Source: Felis catus
Taxonomy: Eukaryota
Direction: 5' to 3'
Assembly: GCF_018350175.1 (NCBI RefSeq)
Contig: NC_058368.1
Location: forward strand, 77,378,001 to 77,442,000
DNA length: 64,000 nt
Part shown: piece after piece, positions 37,559-50,846 of the stretch
Numbering within the stretch: the first letter of the stretch is position 1
Layout: every line of letters begins with the position of its first letter
Notes under the pieces: generated by a model
What the model saw: only the letters and a program-made list of their open reading frames with translations
The model's database searches: none
Told to the model about the DNA's origin: nothing
Made by a program: the position numbers and the translations under genes

Positions 37559-40500
37559 TTTTTTTTTTTTAATTAAGACCTGAAGTAAAAAGAGATAGAA
37601 TATGTACCTCACGTGGTACAGCCGGGTGGAAATACTGCTCTCTGAACATTTTGGTGTCATGGCCCCGGACTCTGTCATTATGCCAGACACCAACGAACAG
37701 TCATGTCTTGGGCGTGTATAATTTCCAGGCACTGTTGCAGGCTCCAAAGACACAGGAAGGAACAAAAAGGGACACAGGAGCTTGTCTCTAGGAAGGACAT
37801 TCTGATGATATTGCAAATCATGAAAATAGCCGACACGTCCCGAGCATTTCCCGTGGGCTGGTTCTATGGTCATCTCATGAATTCTAGAAGCTGTTCTTCT
37901 GGTATAGGTAACATTTGCATTCCACTTTATAAATAAGGAATGTTATTTCTCAGTTGCAAGTGTTTGGTATAAACAAATGGAACAGTGGTAGTAAGAGTAG
38001 TGAGAAAAAGGCATCACGTCTCTGCTTTTCTAAAGACTGAATCGGAGCACTAGAATCAAGTGAGACGTTGGCTTGGATCACTTTGGGTTTTGATGGCTAT
38101 GTCTCCTCCCACAGTTTTAGTAAATTAAGCATATTTAACCTGGGCTACTCACTACTGGGTGTTCATTCTGGATGTGAAACACAATGTGTTTTCCATTTGT
38201 GGTTCAACCAAATTGGTGCAGGATGTGGCAGGGTTATTTCCCAGGTCACTTTTTGTTGGTTGGGCTTCCTGATCTCCATCGCTAATTAATTCCCCTAATT
38301 AACTTCGTAGTATTGTTTTGAATATGAAAAGTTCACGGAAAGCCGGGCTCACCTAGCTGCCTGGTAGGTATCACGTGGCCCCTATGTAGTGGTTACTAAA
38401 TGTCCCCTCGGAGATGGCCTAAAAGGCCATTTGGAGGGTGCTGTAGGGGGCCTGGCTTGTATCCTCAAGGGATGGGCACAGGGATCAAAAGAGAATTACT
38501 GAAGACCTTCCAAGGCCGTGGGATTTCATGATCCCCCTGGGCACTGATGGACAAAGAGAAGTAGCTCGGATAAGAGACCCTGTGCAGGGGATCAAGGGCA
38601 GAAGAGATGAGGTGAACAGAAGCTCGGCCCCTGTGTCTAAACAAGAGGCAGGTGCAATAGACCAAGCCTGGCTTTTCTTGCTCACAGTGAAGAGCTTGTA
38701 TATCCTGAGAACATCGATGTGCACGTTTTGGGGAAAGGACATTTGGGAAGGGGAGGGGCATTTTGACGGGCGCGGTACAGGGAGGCTTTAATAGCAGCTC
38801 AGCATCTGAATGCAACTGCTGCTGCCCCTGACTCACCGGCAATCACCTAGCAAAGTGGAACAAGGATCAATCTATTCTACACTTTCCTTTCCTGTAGACT
38901 ATACCGGCTTGTGAGACTCAGAAACCAGCAGAGTATTCAGATCCATGGACCAATTGCAACTTGAAAGGAAAGGGAAACCCACTGAGTATCTCTTCAAACG
39001 TTGGCTCTAGAATGGCACCCAAGTAGGATTTGGGGCGTGATAAAGACACCAGGGTCCATGGAGCCCGCCATTTGCACATAGTAGATGTCCGACAAATATG
39101 TATCGACTCTGCAGCATTCTAGATTTGCAAACTGACTTAAAGACATGCCGCTTCAACTTCATTGGCTCCTTCAGTCTTTAATCGCTAAGTCATTTCTCAC
39201 GGAAACCATTATCTCATTCACTGGCCCTGATTGTTATAAAGTTCAGTCCAAGTTGACCCAAAATCTGCTTCATGGTAGTTTCCATCCAGTGCTCTTGGCT
39301 CAGCTAAATTTGGCTTGAACTAGGGGGTATTGGTGCCCAAATGGATGAGAGTGCCCCACTCAAGTGAGATAGTTGCTTACTTGAGAATTTTGCCTGGAGC
39401 TCCACTGCTCTTCACGGTCGCTAAGAATGTTACTCCTTCCGCATCAACGTGCTATTCCGCTGATACATCTTATGTTCCGATTCACTGCACTCCGTCTCCA
39501 AGACTCTGAGAAAGTCATGATTCACATGTACACATGGTCACATTCACCAGACCAGCGAGGTCAGGACCTATGCCAAATCCACGATGTTTAGTTTTCCTGA
39601 ATACGGGAAACCATAAGGAAGGTATCTGGTTGACAAAAACAAAATTCACTGCTTCGTTCTGTTTCATTTCTCTAAGTAAATGTAAGTGTCCTTGCTGAGA
39701 AATGCAGAAGGTACGAAAACATAGTAATCTCATTGGAAGTGATCTAAGTTTTAGGAATAATAAATCAAATATTTGAATTAAACTATAATGCATGGAATTT
39801 AATCCATGAAGGATAGTGGTAGCTACTCTTTGTCCCTCCAATGATATTCCATTTAAAGATGAAGAGTGAAACCAAGAAGAAGCAAGCAGTTCCAGAGCAT
39901 ACAATGCTAATTTTACATGTAATTAGAACTAACAATTTCTTTTCATTTATAGAACATACTCTGATGCCCTTTGAGGCTGGTGGCAGAATAGGACATTAGC
40001 TTATAATTATGCTTTGATTTGCAATGAAAAATTGAAATGACTATTCCTGTCCAAGCTAAGAAAGAGCAGGCTGTGAAAGTATGAAGCATGACTGCCCTCT
40101 CCTGGTAATATTTGGTCTAACATTTCTAAAAAGGATTTCAAAAAGAAACCAAATTTTAGAAATCATTTTGCACACTAGAAACAGTCTCCTGTGTGAATTT
40201 ACATACAATCTCTTTCAAAATTGTTATTTCATTTGGCTTTTTAGAATTAAAAGTGGTGCATAAATCTTTTGAAATCTGGATATAAATTAATGAGCCAGAA
40301 AACGTAGGAAAAATAATGATGGTTGTTAACATCATGCGCTGATACGACATTTTCAAAGAGCCCTTAATACATGTTTTCTCATTTAGTCTCACATTATCCC
40401 CAGGAGGAAACAAATTATTATATTTTATTTGTTCAACTTCTTAGGTCTGTCGTGGCAGCTCGTAATTGATTTTTCAAATGCAAGTTGTAGACATTTAATT

Positions 40501-41592
40501 GCTTTTGTGATTCAGTTATGCTTTCTTTTTCTTACCATAGCAGCAAAAGACTGTGCAAATACATGGACAAAAATGATGACGTCTCTTGGAATAACCCTGA
40601 TCCTTATGCAGAACCAAAGGGACAAATCCACATTTCCAAGGAAACATAACTTGTTTAGGGATTTCTGCCATTTCATTTTGTCTTTAAAAAGAAGAACTAA
40701 GATCAAGAGATGAGATAAGGCACCATTTAGGTATAATTATGATTTATGATCCACTTAAGCATTGACACCCACTCCAAATCAGAGTTTACTTCATATTTTT
40801 GTCCCCAGAAGAGAAAATTGCATTTATCCTTCTCTTAAGGACTTGAGAGATTATGGAATGATTGCCGTACTCTGGTTTATATCCACGGTTGCACAAAGGG
40901 AAACCCAGATGGGGAATATTTGCTTTGGATTTGTGCAAGAAATTTCCAGGGTTTTGTTTATGTTCGTCTTCTCTTCTGTCTTCTGGAAACGTCGCATTTT
41001 TGGGGTCTGCAACCATGCTTACAGGATATTCCTGGCTGTACATTTGGGTCATCTCATTAATAAGGTTCACCTGGGTAATGCGGCAACCAAATCTGAAAGC
41101 TTTATCCTAATTGTTCTGCTAAATAAAAACCAATGGCCTTTTCCATGTCTTATTTTATAAAGCCCTGGAGTGTTCTCATGTTAAAGTGTTTTACAGCAAG
41201 TTTGTTTTAGTACTTAAGAACCGAAAGTCTAATGGCGAAAAGCAAAGTTGGCCGTCTTTTACTTCCTCGTAGCCTATAGCAACCAACGTTCTGTTACTAC
41301 CATGCAGTGAGCTCCCCAAAGGAGGTTTTCATCCACTGATTCAGCAAACCCACAAATATGTAGTGAAAGCCCATCAGGAACCAGTCATTCTGTTGGCAGA
41401 ATGTATCCTGGGTGAACCAAACCGATGGGGTTTTGTCTTCAAAGACCCCAGTTGAGGAAATAGTTACACAGCAGATAAAGAGACAGACAAATTTAGGATC
41501 GGGATAAGCACCTGGAAGAGAAAAGAATTCTGGTTGGGGAGAAGAGCATGCGTTCCTAGGTGACCAGTGAAGGTGTCTGTGTGTCTGTGGCA

Positions 41593-41830
41593 CAGCATTT
41601 CATCACAACTCAGATGCACTGATTATAAGACACTTTGATATTCTATGTTCCACTGAGGAAAAAAAAAAAAATGTGGCCAATTAAACTGTAACCCTAAGCT
41701 GTCCTTTAATTAGAATCTCTATTTGTACTTATCAGCAGATATTGTTCTAAACATATTCAGACATAGACTTTTTTCAAATCACATGTCACCTTCGAGTGAA
41801 CAGAAAAAAAGAAATGTGACCAAAATAAAT
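41593..41830. mobile_element. Kanga/MER104-like TcMar-Tc2 fragment
   Basis: catttcatc...agatgcactgattataagac...ccactgagg...gccaattaaact resembles the Kanga terminus. Confidence 0.45.
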
Positions 41831-42609
41831 GGAAGCAATTTAAAAACTTATGCCTGCTCAGAGTTCAGTTGGAAGAAGGGGAAATAAGGAGGAAGACCTG
41901 GGATGGGAAGCGTTGAGGAATCTGGCTGTCAGCAGAGCAGAGAAGTGGAGCCATAGCTGTAGACGGACAGGAAGACAAGAATGTGCCTGGGAGGGGAGGG
42001 GCGGAATATCCAGAATGCTCGCAAGAGTGATCAGCGGAGGGCGAGGTGGACAGAGGCAGGACGGACAGAGAGCTAACGGAGCCACATCCCTGGGAAGGGG
42101 CAAGGGTATGGGAGCCTGGACTGGTTGTGTATTGTTGTTCTTGGATGAGATAAGTGTCGCCCCACTCTTCGGAAGGGCAGGCAGAAGTAGGCGCTGACTC
42201 AGGTAGGGTTTTAGATTTGAGAGGAGACGGTCACAGGGTTTCAGTCTGACGTTTTCCGGTCTCTCAACTGAACATGAGGCAAAGCCATCAGCTGAAGACG
42301 AGGATTTGTGGGGAGGAGGTGATAGGAGGCTTGAGAATTGGAAAAGGTATCCACAAATCTTTTCGTTATGACAAGGAAACCTGGTGTTTTGTTGGACAGT
42401 GTTGCAAGGAGCCTAGGGCTTATGTAATCGGGCTACCTGTGTGCTGGAGGGATCCGGCCACTACTTTCTGTAGGGGACAGGCCAGAGGTGTATACATTTG
42501 TATTTTTCCTGTGTTAGAGTTTGCCCAGCAAAGAGCTTAGGAGACTAGCCTCAAGGGAGTCTGAGTAGTTGCAAGGAAATGACTGTAATAAAATAGTGGG
42601 CCACACCTT

Positions 42610-42835
42610 CAGGGCACTGACTATGTGCCGAGCTCTTTTTAAACAACTTTGCAGGAATCACCGATGCAACCCTAAAAATAGTACCTTGAGGTAGTTACGA
42701 TAGAATTATTACTAGCATCCCCATTATAGGTGAGGAAACTGAGACACAGGTAGGTTTAAAAAAAAAAAAAAAACTTGCCCAACGTCACATCTAGTAATTA
42801 GAAAAGCCCAGAACGAAAACATGGCTGTGTTTGGA
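42610..42835 (-). mobile_element. MIR with expanded internal poly(A)
   Basis: gcactgactatgtgcc...ccccattataggtgaggaaactgagacacag...acttgcccaacgtcaca. Confidence 0.8.
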
Positions 42836-42999
42836 AACCCCTACGTGATGGTTTTTCCAATTGTAATGCTTGCTTAATCCCGTGATTTCAATGCAAAGCA
42901 GTCATAAACAAGAAAAAGAAGACCCTGGTGGGTGAAAAGAAAATTATAGGGTTGACGAATTAGAGGATTTGATAAAATCCTTAGTAGCCATGGTAAGGG

Positions 43000-44194
43000 T
43001 GATTTTTGCCAGTGTGTGACCAAAAAACTTAATGAGAATGTTATACAAAAGGAAAAGATAATCAGATTTGTGTTTTTTAAAAAAAAGTCATGCTGCCACT
43101 GTGGATAAGGGACTGAAGATAATCAAGACTGGAATACAAAGTCCCTTAGAAAGCTCTTCCCACAATTCACTAGAAAAGGTAGTATCATCCTAGGGGATTG
43201 ACTGTTGGAATGAAAAACAATGAACACATAAGAGAGACATTTAAGAGATAGAATCAATAAGACTGTAGGTTTGTTTGAAGGAGGAAGGGCAATGAAGAGT
43301 CTCAACTTTCTGGGTAATTTAACCAGATGTTGGAACCACCTATCAAGGTAGAAACAGAAGTTTGAGAACCGTACAGATGAAGGTTCTCAATTTTGGATAT
43401 TTTGAGTTTGAGATGCCTTTTGTTGGATGGAGAGTTTTGTTGGGATTTTGTTGGGACTATGGAACACAACAGAAACCCAGCCTGGATTTCTGTTGTGCTG
43501 AAAGTTGGCAGCTTGTTGGTTGTAACTGAAGTCACGGAGAGGACGAGCTCACCAAGGGGCATTGTGACAAGGAGGCAGAATTAAGAGAAGCTGAAAATGG
43601 GTCAGGAGGATGGAGGAAGAAGGGGGGAAGGCAAAGAGGACTGGCTAAAAGAGGCAGGAGAGCCATCAGAAGAGTTTGTGGTCATGGAGCCATGAGAGGA
43701 AACATTTCAAGAAGCAGGGAGTGACCGAGAACTGCAGGAAGGTCAAGAATGATAAAGCCAGAAGTGTCCACTGGATTTATTGACAAGGAAGTCATGGTGA
43801 TCTCAACGAGAGGCACTGCATTGAAGCAAAAGGGTGGATGGTGGATTTCGGGGGTGAGAGGAGGGCAGGAAGGGGAAGAGCTAGAGATAGCAAGTATAAA
43901 CAAGTTTTTGAAAAAGTTAGTTGAAGTGGAGGAAAGAGCTACAGCTGTAGCTAGTGGGGTCAAGTGTTTGTTTTAGGATGAATGATGAAGAATGTTTAAG
44001 TAGTGCTTGGAAGAATCCAATAGAGAGAAAAAAAGCTAAAGATGTAAGGGAAAAATCATCAAGAGAAAGAAGTCCTTGAAGATGTCAGGAGGGAACAGTG
44101 TCCTAAGGCAGATGGAGGGATTATTCTAGGCGGGGACAAACATATCTCCTGTTGCAAGCAGAGGAAGAGTCAATGTGCATGGCACGTGTGTGTG

Positions 44195-44239
<45 letters not shown>

Positions 44240-44600
44240 TGTGTTTAGACAGTCATCACTAGAGACAGAAAATGAAAACATCTCCTGTGATGGCTTGTCT
44301 TTTCTTTGAGAAGGGGAAGGTAAGGTCATCTGCTTAAATTAAGTGGGTAATAAGAAAGTCAGTGATCTGAAACAGGACAAGATGGTTGGAAATAACCAGT
44401 GCAGAGCACAGGACAGAGAGAGCAAATTTAGCACGGGACCAGTGTTTGTTGTCATTGTTAGACATCCTGTATTTGTAATGGTGGCATCTGACGGTATCAC
44501 TGTACCTTTTTTTCTTCTGGAGCTCTTAACATCCTGGGTGAAAATGTGGAGAAACATTGATCAAGGGTGGGATTTTGACAGGGAAGAGTAATAGACAATA
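43000..44600 (-). mobile_element. long L2 LINE remnant
   Basis: ttttggatattttgagtttgagatgcct, ggtcatggagccatgagagga, aaggtcaagaatgataaagccagaa...ctggattt...ggaagtcatggtgatct; these are reverse-strand L2 motifs. Confidence 0.7.
44197..44238 (+). repeat. (TG)~21 microsatellite
   Basis: Read directly. Confidence 0.95.
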
Positions 44601-44676
44601 CCTGAGTTAAAGGTGTGGGATTACCCCAAACCAGTGAGAGACAGAGATCGTACATGGCTACTTTAAGAGTATTTCT

Positions 44677-44900
44677 GGAGTACCCGGGTGGCTCAGTCGG
44701 TTAAGCATCTCACTCCTGATTTCAGCTCAGGTCACGATCTCACAGTTTGTGAGTTCAAACCCCACATTGGGCTCTGCACTGACAGCAAGAGCCTGCTTGT
44801 GATTCTCTCTCTCCCCCTCTCCTTCTGCCCCTCCCCTGTTCATGTTCTCTCTTTCTCTCTCTCAAAATAAATATAAATAAAACCTGAAAAAAAGTTTCAG
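44677..44900 (+). mobile_element. Can-SINE
   Basis: Full element; TSD aagagtatttct / aagagttttct. Confidence 0.92.
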
Positions 44901-46333
44901 AAGAGTTTTCTACCACGCTTCCCTTTTCTGAATGGTCTTTGGTTTCTATCTGGTTGCAGCCTATTAATTAACTTATTTATGGGGATTTGGTTCGGCTTAT
45001 TTGTATTTCATAAGCCAGATTGTTGAGTTTCCATTTTCTGTTACCTGGTCCCTTCAGAGAAGAATACAGTTAGGTGTTACTCCATCATAGCCAACTCAAC
45101 AGACTAGGTTTTCTTATCTTTCCTTTTTTGCCGTGTCTCATTACTTTCTCTCCCCTGTCAAGAAATTTCTGCATCAGCTCTAGACGCATAAAGGTCCTAG
45201 GAAGGCGTGAGAATCAGGTTGAGTCAAGAATTAGGACATGGAGTTGTAATGGGGAGATTTAGGTCACATGAAATTTTGTAGCACTTGGCAAAAGGAATTC
45301 TCCAAAGGAATCTGGAATACTCCTTCGTCACCAAGCTGGTGCCCTCTCCATGTGGCACATATTGACAGCTGTCATTGTTCTGCTGTTTAAACGACACTTC
45401 CAGGAATTATCCGCGCTGATACAAGAGCACGTGTTGAGATTCAAGGACAGCTTTTCTCAAGCTGTTTCTGAATGACTTCTCCCTACCATCATTTGTTAGT
45501 GCCTAGGAAATATCATTTTTTAAATTAATTGAATGTAATTGTTAAGGTGAGCAGGATGCCAAGAACACATAGAGTGCAACCAAAGCCAGACAAAAATGAC
45601 TTGGGGGTATTCATGCTTTTGCAACGTCTCTACTTCTCTTCCCCATTAGCAAGGAAAACTAATCGTTGATTGAAATTTCAAAGCAGCATTTGTATAAAAA
45701 AACTGCCCAACTCCTAGTATTCAATAGTGATTGCTGCATTCCCTACTTTGAAAATATCCTCTTAACTAATTTGCTTTGTAATCTCTCCAAGATGTGTCCC
45801 TTCTGATTTGAGTAACCTGGAATAAAGTGGCCCATTTGGCTCAATCTAACATTTCTTTTGGCTCATAATCTCGTAACATAGCACTACAATTGACTTTACT
45901 TTCAGAGCAGAAAAATTGTTCTGCCAACATTTGCTAATAACACTATCTCTCTTTACCGTTGGGCAGCTAATTGTGCTCTAGGTACAACCAGGAACATCAA
46001 GAAAGGTTCCTCATTTTTTATAAACTTGTTTATGAACTAAGAGCTTGTATAGAAAACAGAACAATTTTTTAAATAAAGGAATTCTTGAGCTTTCCGAAAA
46101 AGAACTGGTTATGATCCAACAGTTGATATTAAAGTTGTTTGGCTGGGATATTGAAATGCATTTTCCTGTAGATGCAGTGATACGGGCTGTGGTTAGATTT
46201 CTAGCTCAGTAATAATAACAATCATTTATCAACAGCCTACTATTTGTTAAATACCGCCTATGATTTGTGTCCTGCTTACCTCATCAGTGCCTCATTTTTC
46301 CACTGTTCCCTGAATTTGTGTTTTATCTCTTTC

Positions 46334-46726
46334 ACAGGTTGGCAAACATTTTCTGCAAAGATGCGGATGGTACAGACTTCAGGCTTTGTAGGTTCCTGAT
46401 CTCTGGTGCGAGCACTCAAACCTGCCACCCATAATGTAGACAATGTAGACGCAGTCACAGCCGATAAGTAAATGGATGAGACTGCGTTCTAATAAAACCT
46501 TATGGAACCTGCAATTTGAATCTCACATCTTTCTCATGTGTTTGTGTCACAAAATATTCTCTTTTTTAACTATTTCATTTTATGTTATTTTCTTGTGGTA
46601 AGAGGACAACATGAGATCTAACATTTTTTAACCATTTAACAACGCACGAATTGGTCTTAGCTCACTGGCTGTATAGAAACAGGGGGGCAGTGGGATTGGG
46701 CTCACGGCCATCATTTGCTGACCTCC
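46334..46726. mobile_element. MER58B (hAT-Charlie)
   Basis: caggttggcaaacattttctg...aggctttg...aataaaaccttatgga...cttagctcactggctgtatagaaacagg...tttgctgacc. Confidence 0.85.
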
Positions 46727-46871
46727 ATGAGTTTTCTCCCCGTTTTTGGAAACTACCAAACTCTTCCACACCACCTCCCCATGTCCATGCCTTTCCCTCT
46801 ATCTGGTAGGCTCCATAGTTTTCCACTTTTCCCTTTGTTTGTTTTCTCCTCGTTGTATCAACACACCCCTC

Positions 46872-46927
46872 AGAGCCCACCTTGATTGCTGTGTAGGAAG
46901 AGCCCACCTTGATTGCTGTGTAGGAAG
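46872..46927 (+). repeat. perfect 27-bp tandem duplication
   Basis: AGAGCCCACCTTGATTGCTGTGTAGGA twice, followed by AG. Confidence 0.95.
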
Positions 46928-47059
46928 TCTACATGAACCCCAACACCAGTTCTGAGTTCATCCCCACCCACGATCTGCTGTCACAGCACATCCTGCCCTT
47001 CTCCCTGGAAGAGTTACCGTATAAGAAATGACAAATGACAAATGATAAGGTTAGCCGTG

Positions 47060-47360
47060 TAATATCTGTCTATACTGCCATAGTCTATGTCCTAAGCTTC
47101 TTGAAAGGTGATTATATTTGTGTCGTTCACAGCTGTATGCCCTGGGCGTAGCACGATGATGCCCACAGAGTAGGGGCTCAATACACGTCTGTGAAATTAA
47201 CCAATCATCGCACTTAACGCAACTCTGCAACATAAATATCCCCACTTTACATGCGAAAACACTGGGGCTTCCATAAGATAGATTCTTTTCTGGAGGTCAT
47301 AGGTTAAAAAGGTCATGTCTGCCTAACTCCAAAGGTCTTGCGATTTCCACCATGCTGCTA
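47060..47360. mobile_element. L2 3' end (+) adjoining MIR (-)
   Basis: taagcttcttgaaagg...tcgttcacagctgtatgccc...agtaggggctcaata, then cccactttacatgcgaaaacactgggg...gtctgcctaactccaaag. Confidence 0.6.
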
Positions 47361-47882
47361 CTGTAATAAAATATTACATTAATTTGTATTGAAACACTGC
47401 ATTTTCACTAAATGATGAAATCCACTGATTGTATTTAAAATAGTAGCAAGCATTGTGCAAAGCCTAGAAATAACAGCATAAGAGCTTGTTTTCGTATGTC
47501 TGTATAGGTTCGTAAGGAGTTTTGTTTTATCCTTGAAATATGGAGATTTTGGACCAAGTCTACACTTAGATATTTGTCTTTTCTCTTCAATCCCGTCTGG
47601 AAATCAATTCCAGACATACTTCAATAATTTCAATTTCCAGACATAATTTCTCCTCGGAGGGAAATTTTCTTTTATTATTTGTTTAGTTGGCTATCTTCTA
47701 CTCATTACATTTTTCCGGTAAGTCTTATGAATCGCTCCCGAAAGTTCCCTAGCTTTGCCTTCACAATTTCTATCTTCGCCTATAGTTTTCGACAACTTGA
47801 AATAATTTTCCTGTTTGACCTTCTAGACCTCCACAACATTCAATTTAGCACCTGACTCTTTACTTCAAAAATCAGATTAAAA

Positions 47883-47903
47883 AACAACAACAACAACAAC
47901 AAC
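47883..47903 (+). repeat. (AAC)7 microsatellite
   Basis: Read directly. Confidence 0.9.
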
Positions 47904-49196
47904 ATCCCTCCAAACATGTGTTTTCCGACGTGCCTTAACATCCTGGAGTGCTCTCATTTAATTTTTAAAGAGTTGTCACTGAACTCTTCCATCTGCTTGA
48001 ATTCACCAGGGAGCTGTTCTGTTTCCTCACTCCTCCCTGGCTGCTGAGGCCTCTCAGACCGACAGTTCTCGGGTACATTAAGTGCCAGATGTGAGGTGCC
48101 TCAGCCTCTTATGGGCTGGCATTTCAGGGTGATGGAAAGGACAGCATTTTCTGCTCTTGGGGCCTGTAGTGTGTCACAATAGAACTGGGCAGAAGTTTCT
48201 CATTGAGACTCCAGAAAAATACTATTTCTGTTCCCATATTTTCTTGTCTTTCTCCACCCAGATGTTGAGCTCCCTATTTCCACAGTGGGGGGTGGGTGGC
48301 GAGTGACAGGCACACTCACACAGCCTGTGGACCCTTTTTCCTGGAGGGAATAAAGGGTCACTGAAGTCCAGGGTCCTGCCTGCATCTCTGCCCTTCCTCA
48401 CCCAGCACTGGGTGCAGGTGCCCGTAACAACACCTCTGCCCCTCAAGGGGGAAAACACCTTCCTCGTGTGAATGTCTTCCTGAAATTTAGATGAAGCTCC
48501 TTGAGTCAGGTACCTCTTAGGTAGCTCAGTGTTGGAATCTAGGTCATTGATGGTCTTTTATATTATTTTGGACGGCATAGTTCTTTATCCGATGCTGTGA
48601 ATTTCTCTTCTCAGTGAACTGAGTAGTAGATGAAAAATTCAAAACTATATTTTGATGAACTCTGAAAGCACCAGTCTCCTTCTTCCTAGATTGTATCTAG
48701 CAATAGTCTGACCCCAGGCCCGCTTCACAGCCCTGGTTGTGAGAGGGTCCCCAGCAATGGAGTGGTGGGATAGGAACTAAGGAGTTGCCCCTGTTAAGAT
48801 GATTCCAGGCACACTTTCCACCATAGAGCACAAGAAATTCATCCTATGTCTCTTCTAGGGGGAGTCATTCAATTATAAACGCTTATTCAAAAGATCCCCA
48901 CAATCTTATTATTTAAAATTAATCTGCAGAAAAATGTTAATTTTCACTAAGAACCAAAAACTTAGTTTCCAGCATTGGGAATCTTTTAGATTAGGTGCGA
49001 TGTTTTGTTTTGATTTGTTTTGTTTTGTTTTGTCTTGTTTATATCACGGAGACGAGGTACACAATGGTTGGAGTATGTTATTTGCTTTTCACCTTATCAT
49101 TTTGTTGATGTTTTGGCTTTGGATTCACAAATAAGTCTTTATGATTTCATAATAGCCTTACATTTTTTTCTTTTTACACTCCACTTCCCTGAAATT

Positions 49197-49644
49197 GTTT
49201 TTTTTATTGAAGTACAAGTGACATACAACATTATAGTAGTTTCAGGTGAACAACATAGTGATTATTTACTTTATTATTTTTTAACATTTATTCATTTTTG
49301 AGAGAGAGAGAGAGAGTGTGAGCAGGGGAAGGGCAGAGAGAGAGAGGGAGACACAGAATCCGAAGCAGGCGCCAGGCTCCGAGCTGTCAGCACAGAGCCT
49401 GACGCGGGGCTTGAACCCACAAACCATGAGATCATGATCTGAGCTGAAGTCGGACGCTTAACCGACTGAGCCACCCAGGCGCCCCAATGATTTGATATTT
49501 ATATACATAATGAAATGATCTCTATGATAAGTCTATGTACAATATTATCTACTATATTCCCTATGCTGTACATTATATCCCTGGGTATTATTTATTTTCT
49601 AACTGGAAGATTGTACCTCTCAACCCCCTTCACTTATTCACCCC
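49197..49644 (-). mobile_element. L1 3' end (L1MA9/L1_Carn-like) interrupted by a SINE
   Basis: ttttattgaagtacaagtgacatacaacattatagtagtttcaggtg...tatattccctatgctgtacatt...aactggaag. Confidence 0.8.
49264..49485 (-). mobile_element. Can-SINE (SINEC_Fc type)
   Basis: Near-consensus reverse-complement element nested in L1. Confidence 0.95.
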
Positions 49645-50272
49645 TGAAATTCTTTTCTTTTTTTTTTTTTATTGTGAATTGTTCTGGTAGTGTTTTGGTT
49701 TTCTTACTGTTTTCAGTTTGTTGCGTGAGACTGTTAGCAATATCTACCTGTCTTTTTTAGGATTACAACTTCCTTCTTTAAAATAATGCTTTATTACCTA
49801 CTTTAATTATTTGTGTGTACTCAGAATTCAGCCGTAGTTAAATATTTATGATCACAAGTATTTGCGAACATAAATACGAATTTCAGGGGAGAGGCCTTGT
49901 AAATGGCCCATAATATTAGGTAAGATTCTCTTAGGTTTGGGTGGCTCAGATTGATTCTTTATATAGGAAACAGTGGCCCCATGACTCAGAATGGTATTGA
50001 TTTCTTTTGTTAATGAATATGGACATCACTTCCACTGCACCACATAGTAATCTGAATAGTTCAGAGTTTGTAATGGATTTTTCATCAATGCATGAAGAAG
50101 TAAAATTGTATACCTGTTATATAAAAACAAAACAATAAATAATGAGCTGTCACAACGAGGTCAGTTATTTTATTCCTTCCAAATGGGTTTCCTTACCGGA
50201 AAGAAAATAAAAGAAAGCAGAAACAATGTTTAAAACATTTGGAAGCCTCTGCCCCTTCTAAAGTTCATTTCC

Positions 50273-50496
50273 GGGGCGCCTGGGTGGCTCAGTCGGTTGA
50301 GCGTCCGACTTCAGCTCAGGTCACTATCTCGTGATCTCTCAGTCAGTGAGTTCGAGCCCCGCGTCGGGCTCTGGGCTGATGGCTCAGAGCCTGGAGCCTG
50401 CTTCCGATTCTGTGTCTCCCTCTCTCTCTGCTCCTCCCCCGTTCATGCTCTGTCTCTCTCTCTGTCTCAAAAATAAATAAACGTTAAAAAAAAATT
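50273..50496 (+). mobile_element. young SINEC_Fc
   Basis: Perfect 14-bp TSD TAAAGTTCATTTCC (50259-50272 and 50497-50510). Confidence 0.95.
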
Positions 50497-50846
50497 TAAA
50501 GTTCATTTCCTTCAGCCCTCTGCTTGTTCATTTCACCTGTACCTGTTGAGCAAATGATTTTAAGTAGGGCACAACTATGGCTACTTAAATTGAATTCCAA
50601 ACTGGTGTGAGAGAATGAAGAGTTCAGATTTTAACCACAAAACACCTCCAAACAAAACTCCTTCAAAGTGACTCCACATAAAATTTTATCAATAAATAAT
50701 GCCAACACTCACTGCATGTATTTTTAAAGATTCGTTCTTAGAAAAATAAAGACCTTAAGGGCTATAAGATTGTGTCCAACATTTCAGCATTTCTGTATAA
50801 GTGAGAGCCCATTCAGTCTCCTTCAATGAGGTCATAATCCAATATA

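Noticed and set aside
38405..38438. Hairpin whose reverse complement (GGCCTTTTAGGCC) resembles a histone 3' stem-loop
   Set aside because: It does not fit the 6-bp stem / 4-nt loop consensus, and there is no histone coding sequence nearby.
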